Below are positions 1 through 8,468 of a stretch of 64,000 bases of DNA, in pieces. A program made the translations under genes and the position numbers. Numbering within the stretch: position 1 is the stretch's first letter; the number at the start of each line of letters is the position of its first letter. Below the pieces are notes generated by a model. That model saw only the letters and a program-made list of their open reading frames with translations, did no database searches and was not told the DNA's origin. The stretch comes from an uncultured Gammaproteobacteria bacterium (lineage in GTDB: Bacteria > Pseudomonadota > Gammaproteobacteria > Steroidobacterales > Steroidobacteraceae). The stretch is from positions 42,650-106,649 of the forward strand of contig CAVTIE010000003.1 of assembly GCA_963734735.1 (NCBI GenBank), read 5' to 3'.

Positions 1-2610
1 TTGCCGGCCGGCAGCAAGTACTGGGCGCTCGGCGTACTGCGCTTTGCCTATGAGCGGCTGCGGCTCGTGCTGCGAATCGCCGGTTTCGACGCGGCCTTCC
101 ACCCCTGGGACTGGCGGCGCGACATCCTGTGGAACGGCCGCGAGCTCGCCGACCGCCTGCTCCGCGAAAAGCGCCAGGACGTCGTGCTCGTGGGTCACAG
201 CATGGGCGGCCTCGTCGCCCGGGCCGCGCTCGCGCACAAGGGCGGCGAGCGGATCAGCCGCGCGATCCAGCTCGGCACGCCGAACCGGGGTGCTTTCGTC
301 GCGGTGCAGGCGCTGCGCGGCACCTACCCCCTGGTCCGCCGCGTCTCGATGCTCGACCTCAAGCACAGCGCGGACGATCTCGCCCGCAAGATGCTGACGA
401 CCTTCCCGGGCCTCTGCGCCCTGCTGCCTGCGGCAAGCGTCTGCAAGGATTTCGATCCGTTCGACGCGGCGCAATGGCCGGATGGCCCGAAGCCCGATGC
501 GAGCCTGCTCGAGGAAGCCCGCGATGCGATTGCCGAACTGCCACCTCCCGATGAACGTTTCGGGCTGATCGCCGGATTCGGCCAGGACACGGTGCTCGGC
601 CTCCGGCGCATCGGCCGCAAGCTCGAATTTGGCCGCGGGCCGGCCGGCGACGGCACGGTGCCGCTCGCGCTCGCGCACTGGCCGAACCTCAAGACCTGGT
701 ACACGGAAGAAAGCCACGGCTCGCTGCCGGGCAATGCCGACGTCGGCCGCGCCGTGGCCGATCTCGCGCGCGGCGATTCGACCACGGCCCTGCCCCGCGT
801 GCTGCCGCAGCGCCGCGGCGTGCCGACGCTCTGGCAGGAGGACGTCCGCGCGGCGCCCACGCCCAAGATCGCGTGGAACGACCTTTCCGAGCGCGAACAG
901 CGCGAGTTCCTGCACGAATTCGTCGGCGTGACGCAGCCGTCCGCGGCCCCCGTCGCGCGGCCAAGGCGCGAGGCGGTAGCGAAGCCGGTCGAGCTCGCCT
1001 TCGTGGAAGGCAGCATCACGCACAGCACCTCTTCCGCGATCGTGCTCGGCGCCTTTTCCAACGTCGAGCCCGCCGGCGCGGCCCAGGCGATCGACCGCAT
1101 CCTGCACGGCGCGATCAGCGACCTCGCCCGCCGTCGCGCGATCAGCTCGGCCGCGGGCGAGGTATTCGTGCTGCCGGTCGGCCGCCGCGGACTCGTGCCG
1201 CGGCTCGTCGTGTTCGCCGGCCTCGGCCACTTCGCGCGCTATGGCCCGGACGTGCAGCGGCTCGCCGCGGCGAACGTCACGCGCACGCTCGCCCTCGCCG
1301 GGGTCGAGACCTTCTCGATGGTGCTCTGGGGCACGGCTTCCGGCGCGGAGCCGGCGGATGCAGCGCGCGCCCAGCTCGAGGGCGTACTCACCGCGCTCAA
1401 CGACCTCGCACCCGAGCAGCGGATCCGTCGGATCACCATCGTCTCCCGGAGCGCAGACCGCCTCGCTGCGGCACGCCGCGTCGCCGAGGACCTGATTCAC
1501 CTCCACAACGCGGCGCCCCTGCTCCGGCTCGCCGCGCCCCGAAAGCCGGCGCGCAAGCCCGCCCGCGCCGAGAAACCGGCCGCGACGCCGCTCGCCTGGC
1601 TCTTCGTCCAGGAAACTGCGGCGCAGCTGCGCGTGGCGCTCCTCGGGCCTTCCCCCAAGGCAACTGCTCTGGTCGCGAGCCGGCGCCTCGACCTGCGTCT
1701 CCTCGAGCGCGAGCACTCGCGCCTCGTGCCCGGCATGTCGACCGGCGATCTCGCGGAGTTTGGCGAGCGGCTGACCGAGCTCTTGTTGCCGGAGGCGATC
1801 GCGGAAGCGCTGCCGTCCGTGAAGGGCTCGCCGCTCGTCGTCGTCCACGACACCGCGAGCGCGCACTGGCCCTGGGAAGTGCTGAGCCTCAAGGGCTGGG
1901 CGCCCGCTGCCGCGCAGGGGCTCAGCCGGCGCTATGCTGCGGAAGGCATGTCGGTCGCGAAGTGGCGCGAACAGCGCCGCCGCGCGCGCGAATTCAACGT
2001 GCTGCTCGTGATCAACCCGACCGGTGACCTGCCGGGCGCCGTCGAGGAAGGCGAGCGGGTCGCCGCCATGCTCGCGCAGCTGCCGGGCGCGGGCATCACC
2101 GCGATCCGGGGCGCCGACGCGACCCGCGCGCGGCTGCTCGCGGAATTCCGCTCGGGCGATTACGACGCGATCCACTTCGCGGGCCACGCCTGGTTCGATG
2201 CCGCGGCGCCGGCATCGAGCGGCATCCTCTGCGCGGGCGGACGCGTGCTCTCGGGCGCGGACCTCGCGTCCATGGACTCGGTGCCCGCGCTCGTGTTCTT
2301 CAACGCCTGCGAATCCGGGCGGCTCCGCGCGACGGTCAATCCGCTCCGCCAGCTCGACCGCAGCGTCGGCTTCGCGGAGGCGTTCCTGCGCGGCGGCGTC
2401 GCGAACTTCATCGGCACCTGGTGGCCGGTCTCCGACACCGCGGCGAGCAGCTTTGCGACGACGCTCTACCGCGACCTTGCGAAGGGTGATTCCATCGGCG
2501 CGGCATTGAACGCGGCCCGCGGCGCAGTGCGCGCACTGCCCTCCGCGGACTGGGCAAATTACCTGCACTACGGCAGCTTCGACTTCGCCCTGAAGGCCCC
2601 CAAGGCCTGA
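1..2610 (+). CDS. Multidomain protein: N-terminal alpha/beta-hydrolase (LCAT/PGAP1-like lipase), central LAP-N/macro-like region, C-terminal CHAT (caspase-like) protease domain. The 5' end is probably cut by the window edge.
   Basis: 869-codon frame open to nt 1. Lipase motifs: WDWR...VLVGHSMGG (Ser67, nt 199-201), GDGTV (Asp217, nt 649-651), ESHG (His239, nt 715-717). CHAT dyad: HFAGH (His729, nt 2185-2187) and FFNACESG (Cys770, nt 2308-2310). Confidence 0.8.
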   Translation: MPAGSKYWALGVLRFAYERLRLVLRIAGFDAAFHPWDWRRDILWNGRELADRLLREKRQDVVLVGHSMGGLVARAALAHKGGERISRAIQLGTPNRGAFVAVQALRGTYPLVRRVSMLDLKHSADDLARKMLTTFPGLCALLPAASVCKDFDPFDAAQWPDGPKPDASLLEEARDAIAELPPPDERFGLIAGFGQDTVLGLRRIGRKLEFGRGPAGDGTVPLALAHWPNLKTWYTEESHGSLPGNADVGRAVADLARGDSTTALPRVLPQRRGVPTLWQEDVRAAPTPKIAWNDLSEREQREFLHEFVGVTQPSAAPVARPRREAVAKPVELAFVEGSITHSTSSAIVLGAFSNVEPAGAAQAIDRILHGAISDLARRRAISSAAGEVFVLPVGRRGLVPRLVVFAGLGHFARYGPDVQRLAAANVTRTLALAGVETFSMVLWGTASGAEPADAARAQLEGVLTALNDLAPEQRIRRITIVSRSADRLAAARRVAEDLIHLHNAAPLLRLAAPRKPARKPARAEKPAATPLAWLFVQETAAQLRVALLGPSPKATALVASRRLDLRLLEREHSRLVPGMSTGDLAEFGERLTELLLPEAIAEALPSVKGSPLVVVHDTASAHWPWEVLSLKGWAPAAAQGLSRRYAAEGMSVAKWREQRRRAREFNVLLVINPTGDLPGAVEEGERVAAMLAQLPGAGITAIRGADATRARLLAEFRSGDYDAIHFAGHAWFDAAAPASSGILCAGGRVLSGADLASMDSVPALVFFNACESGRLRATVNPLRQLDRSVGFAEAFLRGGVANFIGTWWPVSDTAASSFATTLYRDLAKGDSIGAALNAARGAVRALPSADWANYLHYGSFDFALKAPKA

Positions 2611-2625
2611 GGACCCGATGGCTTC

Positions 2626-4155
2626 CTACCAGGTGTAGCGGACCCGGTAGGTAACGACGGCTTCGCCGTCGGCAGCAATCTTCACCGGGAACTCCACGGT
2701 GCGCGCATCCTTCTTGGCCGAAGGCGACGACTGCTCGACCAGGTCCCACTGGCTCCAGCGATAGAGGTTCTCTCGCACGATCACCTCGACCGGCTGGTCC
2801 TTGTGGTTGCGGACCTTGATCTCGAACGCCTCTTCCATGACCTTGCCCGCGGTGTTGAGCTTGAAGTCGGTCTGGCGACGCTCGCCGACGACGTCGAAGG
2901 CCGTGCCGAGCTTCACGCGCACGTCCTCGTCTTTCGCCGTATGGCCGATCTTGTCCTCGCCGATGAATTCGAGGCTGCCGTCCGCCTTGTCCTGCTGGGA
3001 GACGCGGATGCGCCCGGCCGGCAACGGCATGCCCATGCCGGAAGTCTTGTCGTTCCTGAAGCTGAGCCAGACGTCCACCTTCGTGTTGGACGCAGGGCCG
3101 AACTCGCGGTCCATCATCGGCGAGCCGTAATCGAAGTACCCTTCGAGCAGCGCGCCGTAGTACACGAGCTGCTTCTTCGCCGGCACGCGGGTCGCCGCGT
3201 CGAAGAGCTCGATCTGCTTCGTCGAGTTGTTCGGGATCGTCGCCGGCCGGCCGAGCGTGTAGAGGTGATATTCGAAGAATGCTTTCTCCTGGAATCCGGG
3301 GGCCGCGGCATCGGCCGCGGCCATTTCGGAGACGCGCATGCGCGCAAGCTTCTGTGCCGCCTCGACACGATTCACGTCGCCCGCGATCAATTTCAGCTTC
3401 GCGTCCTGGTAACGTGCGCCCGACTGGTTCAGCAGGCTCACCCAGGCGCCGAGGTCCACGAAGCCGGAGTTGGCGTCCGCGCCTTCGCTGAAGATGAGGT
3501 TGTAGTCCGCCCACCAGGTGATGCCGCCGGTCTGGTAGCTGACGCGCACGCGCTGCGTGCCGCCTTTCGCCGATTCGACGTCCCATTCGAGCGTCGGCCG
3601 CGTGATGAGCCCGCCCGGGAGGTCGCCGAAGCGGATGTTGCTCCACTCGCGCAGCGCATGAATCTGGCCGTCGGAGCCGCGCAGCACGAGCCCGTCATTC
3701 GACGAAACCAGGGTCCCGTCGATGAGCTTCACGCCGTCGCCCCGCGCCTGTTCCACGCTGATCGTGCGGTCGATGTAGCGCGACAGCAGTTTTTCCTGGC
3801 TGACGAGGTCGAACTGGAAGTTCTGCTCGAGCACTCGGGTGCCGTCCGGGTCCGTCAGCGACAGGAACTGCACGGTGGTCGGGTCGATGAGCGCCGCGAC
3901 ATCCGTGAACTGGATCGTCCCCCGCCCGCGCGGGACCTGGATGTCGCGATCGACGCGAATGAGCGCAAATCCCGGCAGCTCGCTCGCCATCGGCGAGCCC
4001 ATGCCGGGCAGCGGCCGATACCATTGGGCGGGAATGCCGCCCGGCTGGGCAGAGCTGTAGACCGTGAGGGAAGTTCCCGAATCGGCAGCAACCGCATTGA
4101 GGGCGAGCAGGACACCGGAAACCAGCAGGCCGGTACGCGCGACGGACAAAGGCAT
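2626..4155 (-). CDS. DUF4139-family secreted protein (MuiA-like)
   Basis: Long ORF. Start placed at Met11 (nt 4155), 8 nt behind AAGGAGG. Signal peptide LLVSGVLLALNAVAA. GITWWADYNL...LGAWVSLLNQSGARYQDAKLKLIAG resembles the DUF4139 signature. Confidence 0.7.
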   Translation of the reverse strand: MPLSVARTGLLVSGVLLALNAVAADSGTSLTVYSSAQPGGIPAQWYRPLPGMGSPMASELPGFALIRVDRDIQVPRGRGTIQFTDVAALIDPTTVQFLSLTDPDGTRVLEQNFQFDLVSQEKLLSRYIDRTISVEQARGDGVKLIDGTLVSSNDGLVLRGSDGQIHALREWSNIRFGDLPGGLITRPTLEWDVESAKGGTQRVRVSYQTGGITWWADYNLIFSEGADANSGFVDLGAWVSLLNQSGARYQDAKLKLIAGDVNRVEAAQKLARMRVSEMAAADAAAPGFQEKAFFEYHLYTLGRPATIPNNSTKQIELFDAATRVPAKKQLVYYGALLEGYFDYGSPMMDREFGPASNTKVDVWLSFRNDKTSGMGMPLPAGRIRVSQQDKADGSLEFIGEDKIGHTAKDEDVRVKLGTAFDVVGERRQTDFKLNTAGKVMEEAFEIKVRNHKDQPVEVIVRENLYRWSQWDLVEQSSPSAKKDARTVEFPVKIAADGEAVVTYRVRYTW

Positions 4156-4218
4156 GACGAGGCCCTCCTTGGGCTGCGAATGCATAGAATAAACGGCGGC
4201 GGCGGCGGAGTCGGGTCA

Positions 4219-4723
4219 ATGCCTACCGAAATTTCACCCTGGATCGAGAGGCTGAAGGAGCACCGGGTCGCCGCCGGCGCCGTGACGGCGCTCCTGGTGC
4301 TGGCCATCGCGCTCGCCTGGGTGGCCTGGCGCTGGGGTGTCGCGGAAGACCGCATGGCGATGCTGGAGAAACAGGCGGCGGCGGGATTCCTGCAACCGCC
4401 GTCTTCCAACCGGACCGTCCGCATCGACCTGCGCTCGCCGCGTGTCGTCACGGTCGGCGGCGGCAAATTCCCGGAACGCGTCGATCTCCTGGTCAACGCG
4501 CGCACGAAGCAGTACGCGCGCTTTCGCGTCAGCCTGCTGCGGGACGACGGCACGCTGCTCGTGCACGCCGACCAGATGGTGCGCGATTCGAATTTCGACC
4601 TGCGGCTGTCCTTCAACACCTCGATGCTGTCGGCCGGCCGCTACCTGGTCCGGGTGGAAGGCCATGCGCGAAACGGCAGGCTGGAGCGATTCGCCGAACG
4701 AGGTGCGGGTCACGCCTCGATGA
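4219..4723 (+). CDS. Small N-terminally membrane-anchored protein of unknown function; apparent 1-nt frame disruption near 4693-4695
   Basis: ATG at 4219, TM helix AAGAVTALLVLAIALAWVAW. The frame as assembled runs on antisense into the next gene. Dropping one C at 4693-4695 gives a clean end ...RLERFANEVRVTPR* at 4723. Confidence 0.45.
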
Positions 4724-4757
4724 ACCGGGTTTCGACGCCTCGTTCGCGAGCTTCGTG

Positions 4758-5132
4758 CTACAGCGGCGCGTCTGCCTTGCACAGGCCGACCTGGTCGCCG
4801 TGCTTGAGGTGGGCGTCCATCGCCTCCGGGAAGGCGACACTCAGCGTGTGTGCGCCGCCACCCTTACCGTGGCAGACGAAGACGCGGTCGAGCTCCAGCC
4901 GGAATCCCTGGTAGTAGTCGCCCGCAATCGGGAACGCCGTGCCGGTCAGTACCGTGCCGTCGCCCGACACCTTCGCGCCGAGGATCTTCCACCTGGTCAT
5001 CTCGAGCACACCCTGGCCTTCCAGGAACTCGGACATCAGCATCCACCCGAGGCCGCGGGTGTAGATCACCCCATCGTCGACGCCCTGCATGAGCAGGCGA
5101 GATGAGCCGGTGATGACCTTGGGGGGAGTCAC
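4758..5132 (-). CDS. Hypothetical protein (124 aa), no family recognised
   Basis: ORF with protein-like composition (GVDDGVIYTRGLGW...VFVCHGKGGGAHTL). Its start abuts the tandem duplication, so the N-terminus is uncertain. Confidence 0.4.
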   Translation of the reverse strand: MTPPKVITGSSRLLMQGVDDGVIYTRGLGWMLMSEFLEGQGVLEMTRWKILGAKVSGDGTVLTGTAFPIAGDYYQGFRLELDRVFVCHGKGGGAHTLSVAFPEAMDAHLKHGDQVGLCKADAPL

Positions 5133-5207
5133 CGATCCAGGTGACCGGAAGGTAGCGTTCCCGCGGAGTCAGCGATCCAGGTGACCGGAAGTAGCGTTCC
5201 CCGCGGA
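5124..5207. repeat. 40-bp tandem duplication (about 2.2 copies)
   Basis: cgatccaggtgaccggaaggtagcgttcccgcgga at 5133-5167 is repeated at 5173-5207 with one G fewer and one C more. A partial unit ggagtcac precedes the first copy. Confidence 0.9.
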
Positions 5208-5510
5208 AGCTCCTTTCTTCAACGCGCAGATGGTCGGGCCGCTTCAGCGTGACTTCCCGGTTTTCCAGGAACTCGATCTTCTGTCGCTCTCCTGCACGAC
5301 ATCGTAGCCGCCGTGCATCTTCGCGCTGAACGTGTCCAGCCCCGCCAGAAACGTCGCCATCTGCATCAACAACGCGCGCGCTTCCGGCGGAGGCTTAGCC
5401 TGGTCGGCCGCCGACTCGCTCTCATCACGGTCGGCGGGTTCCTTGGCGCATGCGGGCAGCAACAGCGCAATGGCGAGCACGACGAACAGCGATTTCCGTC
5501 CTTGGCTCAT
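5208..5510 (-). pseudogene. N-terminal remnant of a LolA-like periplasmic lipoprotein (DUF2092-like), frameshifted and truncated
   Basis: GGAGGA then ATG at 5510. Lipobox LLLPAC. ARALLMQMATFLAGLDTFSAKMHGGYDVVQES, then after a 1-nt shift near 5281-5290, QKIEFLENREVTLKRPDHLRVEE. Similarity to the family ends at the tandem repeat. Confidence 0.45.
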
Positions 5511-5535
5511 GTCTGTTCCTCCGGCCGACGCCGGA

Positions 5536-6138
5536 TCAACCACCCGGGTGGCGGTGCCCTGTGTTCTCGATCGTTACGGCGACTCCTTTTGCAACCGCGT
5601 CGAGTGTTGTCCGGCTCGTATAGAGCGTACCGTCGGGCAGGACGCCCATGCCGATGTTCATCCGGACCTCGTCCTTCGGCGTATCCAGATAGCTGGTTAC
5701 GGCCATGCCAATCAGCCGATTGGTTGGCGCTTCTATTTCGATACTGAGAAGATCGCCGCTCTTGAGATAGTCGCGAAAGTCCAGTCGTACGCGTTGGCCC
5801 GGGGTGACCGATAACTTGCCGTTGTTGGCCGCCTGCTGGATCCGGTTCGGGTCCGGAGGCACATAGGAGTGCATCAGCGCGGCCGCCTTCTCCATGTACT
5901 CTGCCATTTCCTCCTTCTTGTTTTCGGCCGCTTTCTTCAGCAGTCTGCCCGGCGGGCCGCCCGATTTCCCTTCGGAGCCGCCCGCAACCGGCACCTTCTG
6001 CAGTTTTCCATCCGCACCGTAATAAACGGTGTTCTGCTTGCGCGATTTCTCCTCCCCACCCTTGGTGATCACGGTGGTTTCCACCCATTCGTACGTGCGC
6101 AGTTGCGCCTGACTCGCCTGCAGCCACTGCTTGAGCAT
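5536..6138 (-). CDS. Hypothetical protein (about 200 aa)
   Basis: ORF with protein-like composition. ATG at 6138 (a GTG two codons upstream is also possible). No signal peptide visible. Confidence 0.55.
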   Translation of the reverse strand: MLKQWLQASQAQLRTYEWVETTVITKGGEEKSRKQNTVYYGADGKLQKVPVAGGSEGKSGGPPGRLLKKAAENKKEEMAEYMEKAAALMHSYVPPDPNRIQQAANNGKLSVTPGQRVRLDFRDYLKSGDLLSIEIEAPTNRLIGMAVTSYLDTPKDEVRMNIGMGVLPDGTLYTSRTTLDAVAKGVAVTIENTGHRHPGG

Positions 6139-6214
6139 CGCCACGCGTTGCTGGGGCGTAGGCGGAGGGGGTTGGCCTCGGGGGCCGGCTGCGGCGCTGC
6201 GCGCGCATGCCCGG

Positions 6215-6700
6215 TCAGTTGACCAGGGGGATGCCGCCGGCCAGCTCGTTCTTGATGGCCGAGCGGATCTTGGTTTCGATCTGCACGTAGCGCGCGACCT
6301 TCGGCATCGGCAACACCTTTTCGAGCTTCGGCACATACGCGCGCTTCAGCTCGACTTCGGCCTCTTCGATCGCGAGCGCCTCGTCGAGCAACTGCTTCGC
6401 TTTCTCGTTGGACACCGACCCAGCGCCCGCCTGATAGGCTTCGGCGTACGCCTTGATCGTATTCTCGAGCCGGCTGTTGAGCTTCTGCAGGTCAGCCTGG
6501 TAGGCATCGTAGACCGGCCAGAATCCCTTGGCTTCTTCCTCGGTGAGCTTCATGTTGGCGCCGACGAGGAGCTTCTTGTCGGCACGAACTTTCTCCAGCA
6601 GAAGCTGGGTGTTGTCCGCCGGCTTATCCTGGGCGACGGCCCCAGTTGCGAATGTCACGGCGACCGCAAGCGCCATCAGGCTCAGGAATTTCATCGGCAT
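6215..6700 (-). CDS. Periplasmic alpha-helical protein of unknown function
   Basis: GGGAGA then ATG at 6700. Signal peptide MPMKFLSLMALAVAVTFATGAVA. K/E/A-rich helical sequence. Confidence 0.7.
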   Translation of the reverse strand: MPMKFLSLMALAVAVTFATGAVAQDKPADNTQLLLEKVRADKKLLVGANMKLTEEEAKGFWPVYDAYQADLQKLNSRLENTIKAYAEAYQAGAGSVSNEKAKQLLDEALAIEEAEVELKRAYVPKLEKVLPMPKVARYVQIETKIRSAIKNELAGGIPLVN

Positions 6701-6756
6701 CGTCTCCCGGAATTGACGGACTGTGCGCGTCACGCGCGGCACCGCGCAACCACCCG

Positions 6757-7332
6757 TTACAAGGGTTTGTACTTGAACTTCTGGCCGCCGACTGTCGCTT
6801 CGTACATCAGGCCGCCCTTGGCGACAGTGAAGACCGCCATGCCCTTACGATACTCGCCGACGTTGTGGCGTCATGCTTGCCGCCACTCGCACCGGCCGAT
6901 GTGCCCGTTGAGCCTGCGCCCGCCGAGACGCCAGCGGTGATGGCAACTGCGGTCGCTTGCGCGCCAAACTCGAAGTTGCCGCCGGTGAACTCGTCGAATG
7001 CGCGCTTGTCCTCGAAGAAGATGATCTGGCTGAATGCCTGACCGCCCAGCTGGAAGCCGGCGGTCAGCTGGGTCATGGTCGTGTCGCCAACGTGCTTGCC
7101 TTGCGCGTACACACGGCCCTTGCCGTGTGCGCCGCCGACTCCGATGCCAGCCTTGCCAATCTTGGGGAACACGGCATAACCGTAGCTCTTCCTGAAGAAA
7201 TCGGCGCTCTGGCCGGCCTGCTTGAACACCTTGATCGTATCGTCGTACTCATCCGCCTGGAGCGCAGGGCTGGCAAGCATCAGGAGCACCGCACCGAATC
7301 CGGTGGCGAAGCGATTGAGTGAGCGTAGCCAT
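6757..7332 (-). CDS. SYLF (Ysc84-like, DUF500) domain secreted protein; frame disrupted as assembled
   Basis: GYAVFPKIGKAGIGVGGAHGKGRVY...GFQLGGQAFSQIIFF. The C-terminus NVGEYRKGMAVFTVAKGGLMYEATVGGQKFKYKPL* is in another frame (shift near 6861-6872, stop at 6757-6759). The signal peptide LRSLNRFATGFGAVLLMLASPALQA is 1 nt out of frame with the ATG at 7330-7332. Confidence 0.65.
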
Positions 7333-7612
7333 GCTGTCGATCGCAGGCTGCCGGAAGACACGCAACCACTGTCCAAAAGGCACCTCCGCGGGAAGGCTGC
7401 GAGCCGTGGGATCTGAAAATCATATCCGAAATGGAATAGCCGGAATCCCGGCGTCGGCCTGCCGCGGCCTTCCCGTCCGTTCATTCGCAACCGAAACAGG
7501 GGCTTTCGGGACAATCCTTACGTACATTCGCTCCGTTCTGCGGAGTGGCATCTGGCTGACTTCGCGATAAAGTAGGCGTCCCCAACCGCAGCTCGAAATC
7601 GAAGGGGGCGAT

Positions 7613-8464
7613 ATGCGTAGAAGAGACGAGCGCCTCGATCGTCGCGTTTTTCTCAAGCTGACCGGCGCCGCGGCTGCGACAACCGCCCTGGGAGCGGGGC
7701 TGACTCTTGTTTCGCGTCCCGCTTTCGGCCTGGTGCTCACGAAAGCGCAGCGCGACGCTTTGACGCCCGATGAAATCATTGCGCTCATGAAGAAAGGCAA
7801 CGAGCGCTTCCGCCATGGCAAGGAGTCGCCTCACGACTACCTCGCTCAACAGAGGGCGAGCGCCAAGGGTCAATATCCCGCAGCCGTAATCCTGAGTTGT
7901 ATCGATTCCCGTGCGCCAGCCGAAACGATCATGGACCTCGGCATTGGCAACTGCTTCAACGCACGGGTGGCCGGCAACATTGCCAATGACGACATCCTCG
8001 GGAGCATGGAATTTGCGTGCAAGGTCGCCGGTGCGAAGGTCGTGCTGGTGATGGGACACACGGCCTGCGGCGCGATCAAGGGCGCGAGCTCGAAAGCCCG
8101 GAATACCCTCGTCGGAGCGGCGGCAGGAAGCGCGATCGCAGGTTCCGCCCAGGGCAGTAAGAAGGGCATGCTGTACCAGGTCGAGGTTGGGGCCGGCCAG
8201 ATCGTCCAGGTCGTGAGCGACCAGCGCGAGATCCGTTCCGGCGACTGCGTCTCGGTAGAGAAGTCCGGCGACACGGCCAATATCCGGAGGGTGTCCCCCA
8301 GCTACTGCGACAAGGCGAACCAGGCGGCCGTGGCGGCGGTAAGCAACGAGGCCCGCAAAGACGCCGAGGAATGCGCTGCCGCCAAGCAGCAACTCGTTGA
8401 TTCAAAGACGGCGCAGGAAGTGGACCTGGCGGGCCGCAAGATCTCGCTTCTCTGCAACGACTGA
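7613..8464 (+). CDS. In-frame chimera: Tat-signal beta-class carbonic anhydrase N-terminal two-thirds fused to the C-terminal part of a glycine-zipper / Cys-rich secreted protein
   Basis: RRVFLK Tat motif. CA motifs SCIDSR and GHTACGAIKGA. From about nt 8100 the sequence aligns with the ORF at 57935-58502 (GDCVSVE.../GDCVAVE..., C.AAKQQLVD, LLCND/LLCDH). No CA C-terminus in any frame. Confidence 0.7.
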   Translation: MRRRDERLDRRVFLKLTGAAAATTALGAGLTLVSRPAFGLVLTKAQRDALTPDEIIALMKKGNERFRHGKESPHDYLAQQRASAKGQYPAAVILSCIDSRAPAETIMDLGIGNCFNARVAGNIANDDILGSMEFACKVAGAKVVLVMGHTACGAIKGASSKARNTLVGAAAGSAIAGSAQGSKKGMLYQVEVGAGQIVQVVSDQREIRSGDCVSVEKSGDTANIRRVSPSYCDKANQAAVAAVSNEARKDAEECAAAKQQLVDSKTAQEVDLAGRKISLLCND

Positions 8465-8468
8465 GCGA

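Noticed and set aside
2803-4914. 703-codon plus-strand ORF spanning the DUF4139 gene in antisense
   Set aside because: Arg/Ala/Glu/His-rich, low-complexity translation typical of antisense frames in high-GC DNA. Only its last part (from the ATG at 4219, with a TM helix) looks like a real gene.
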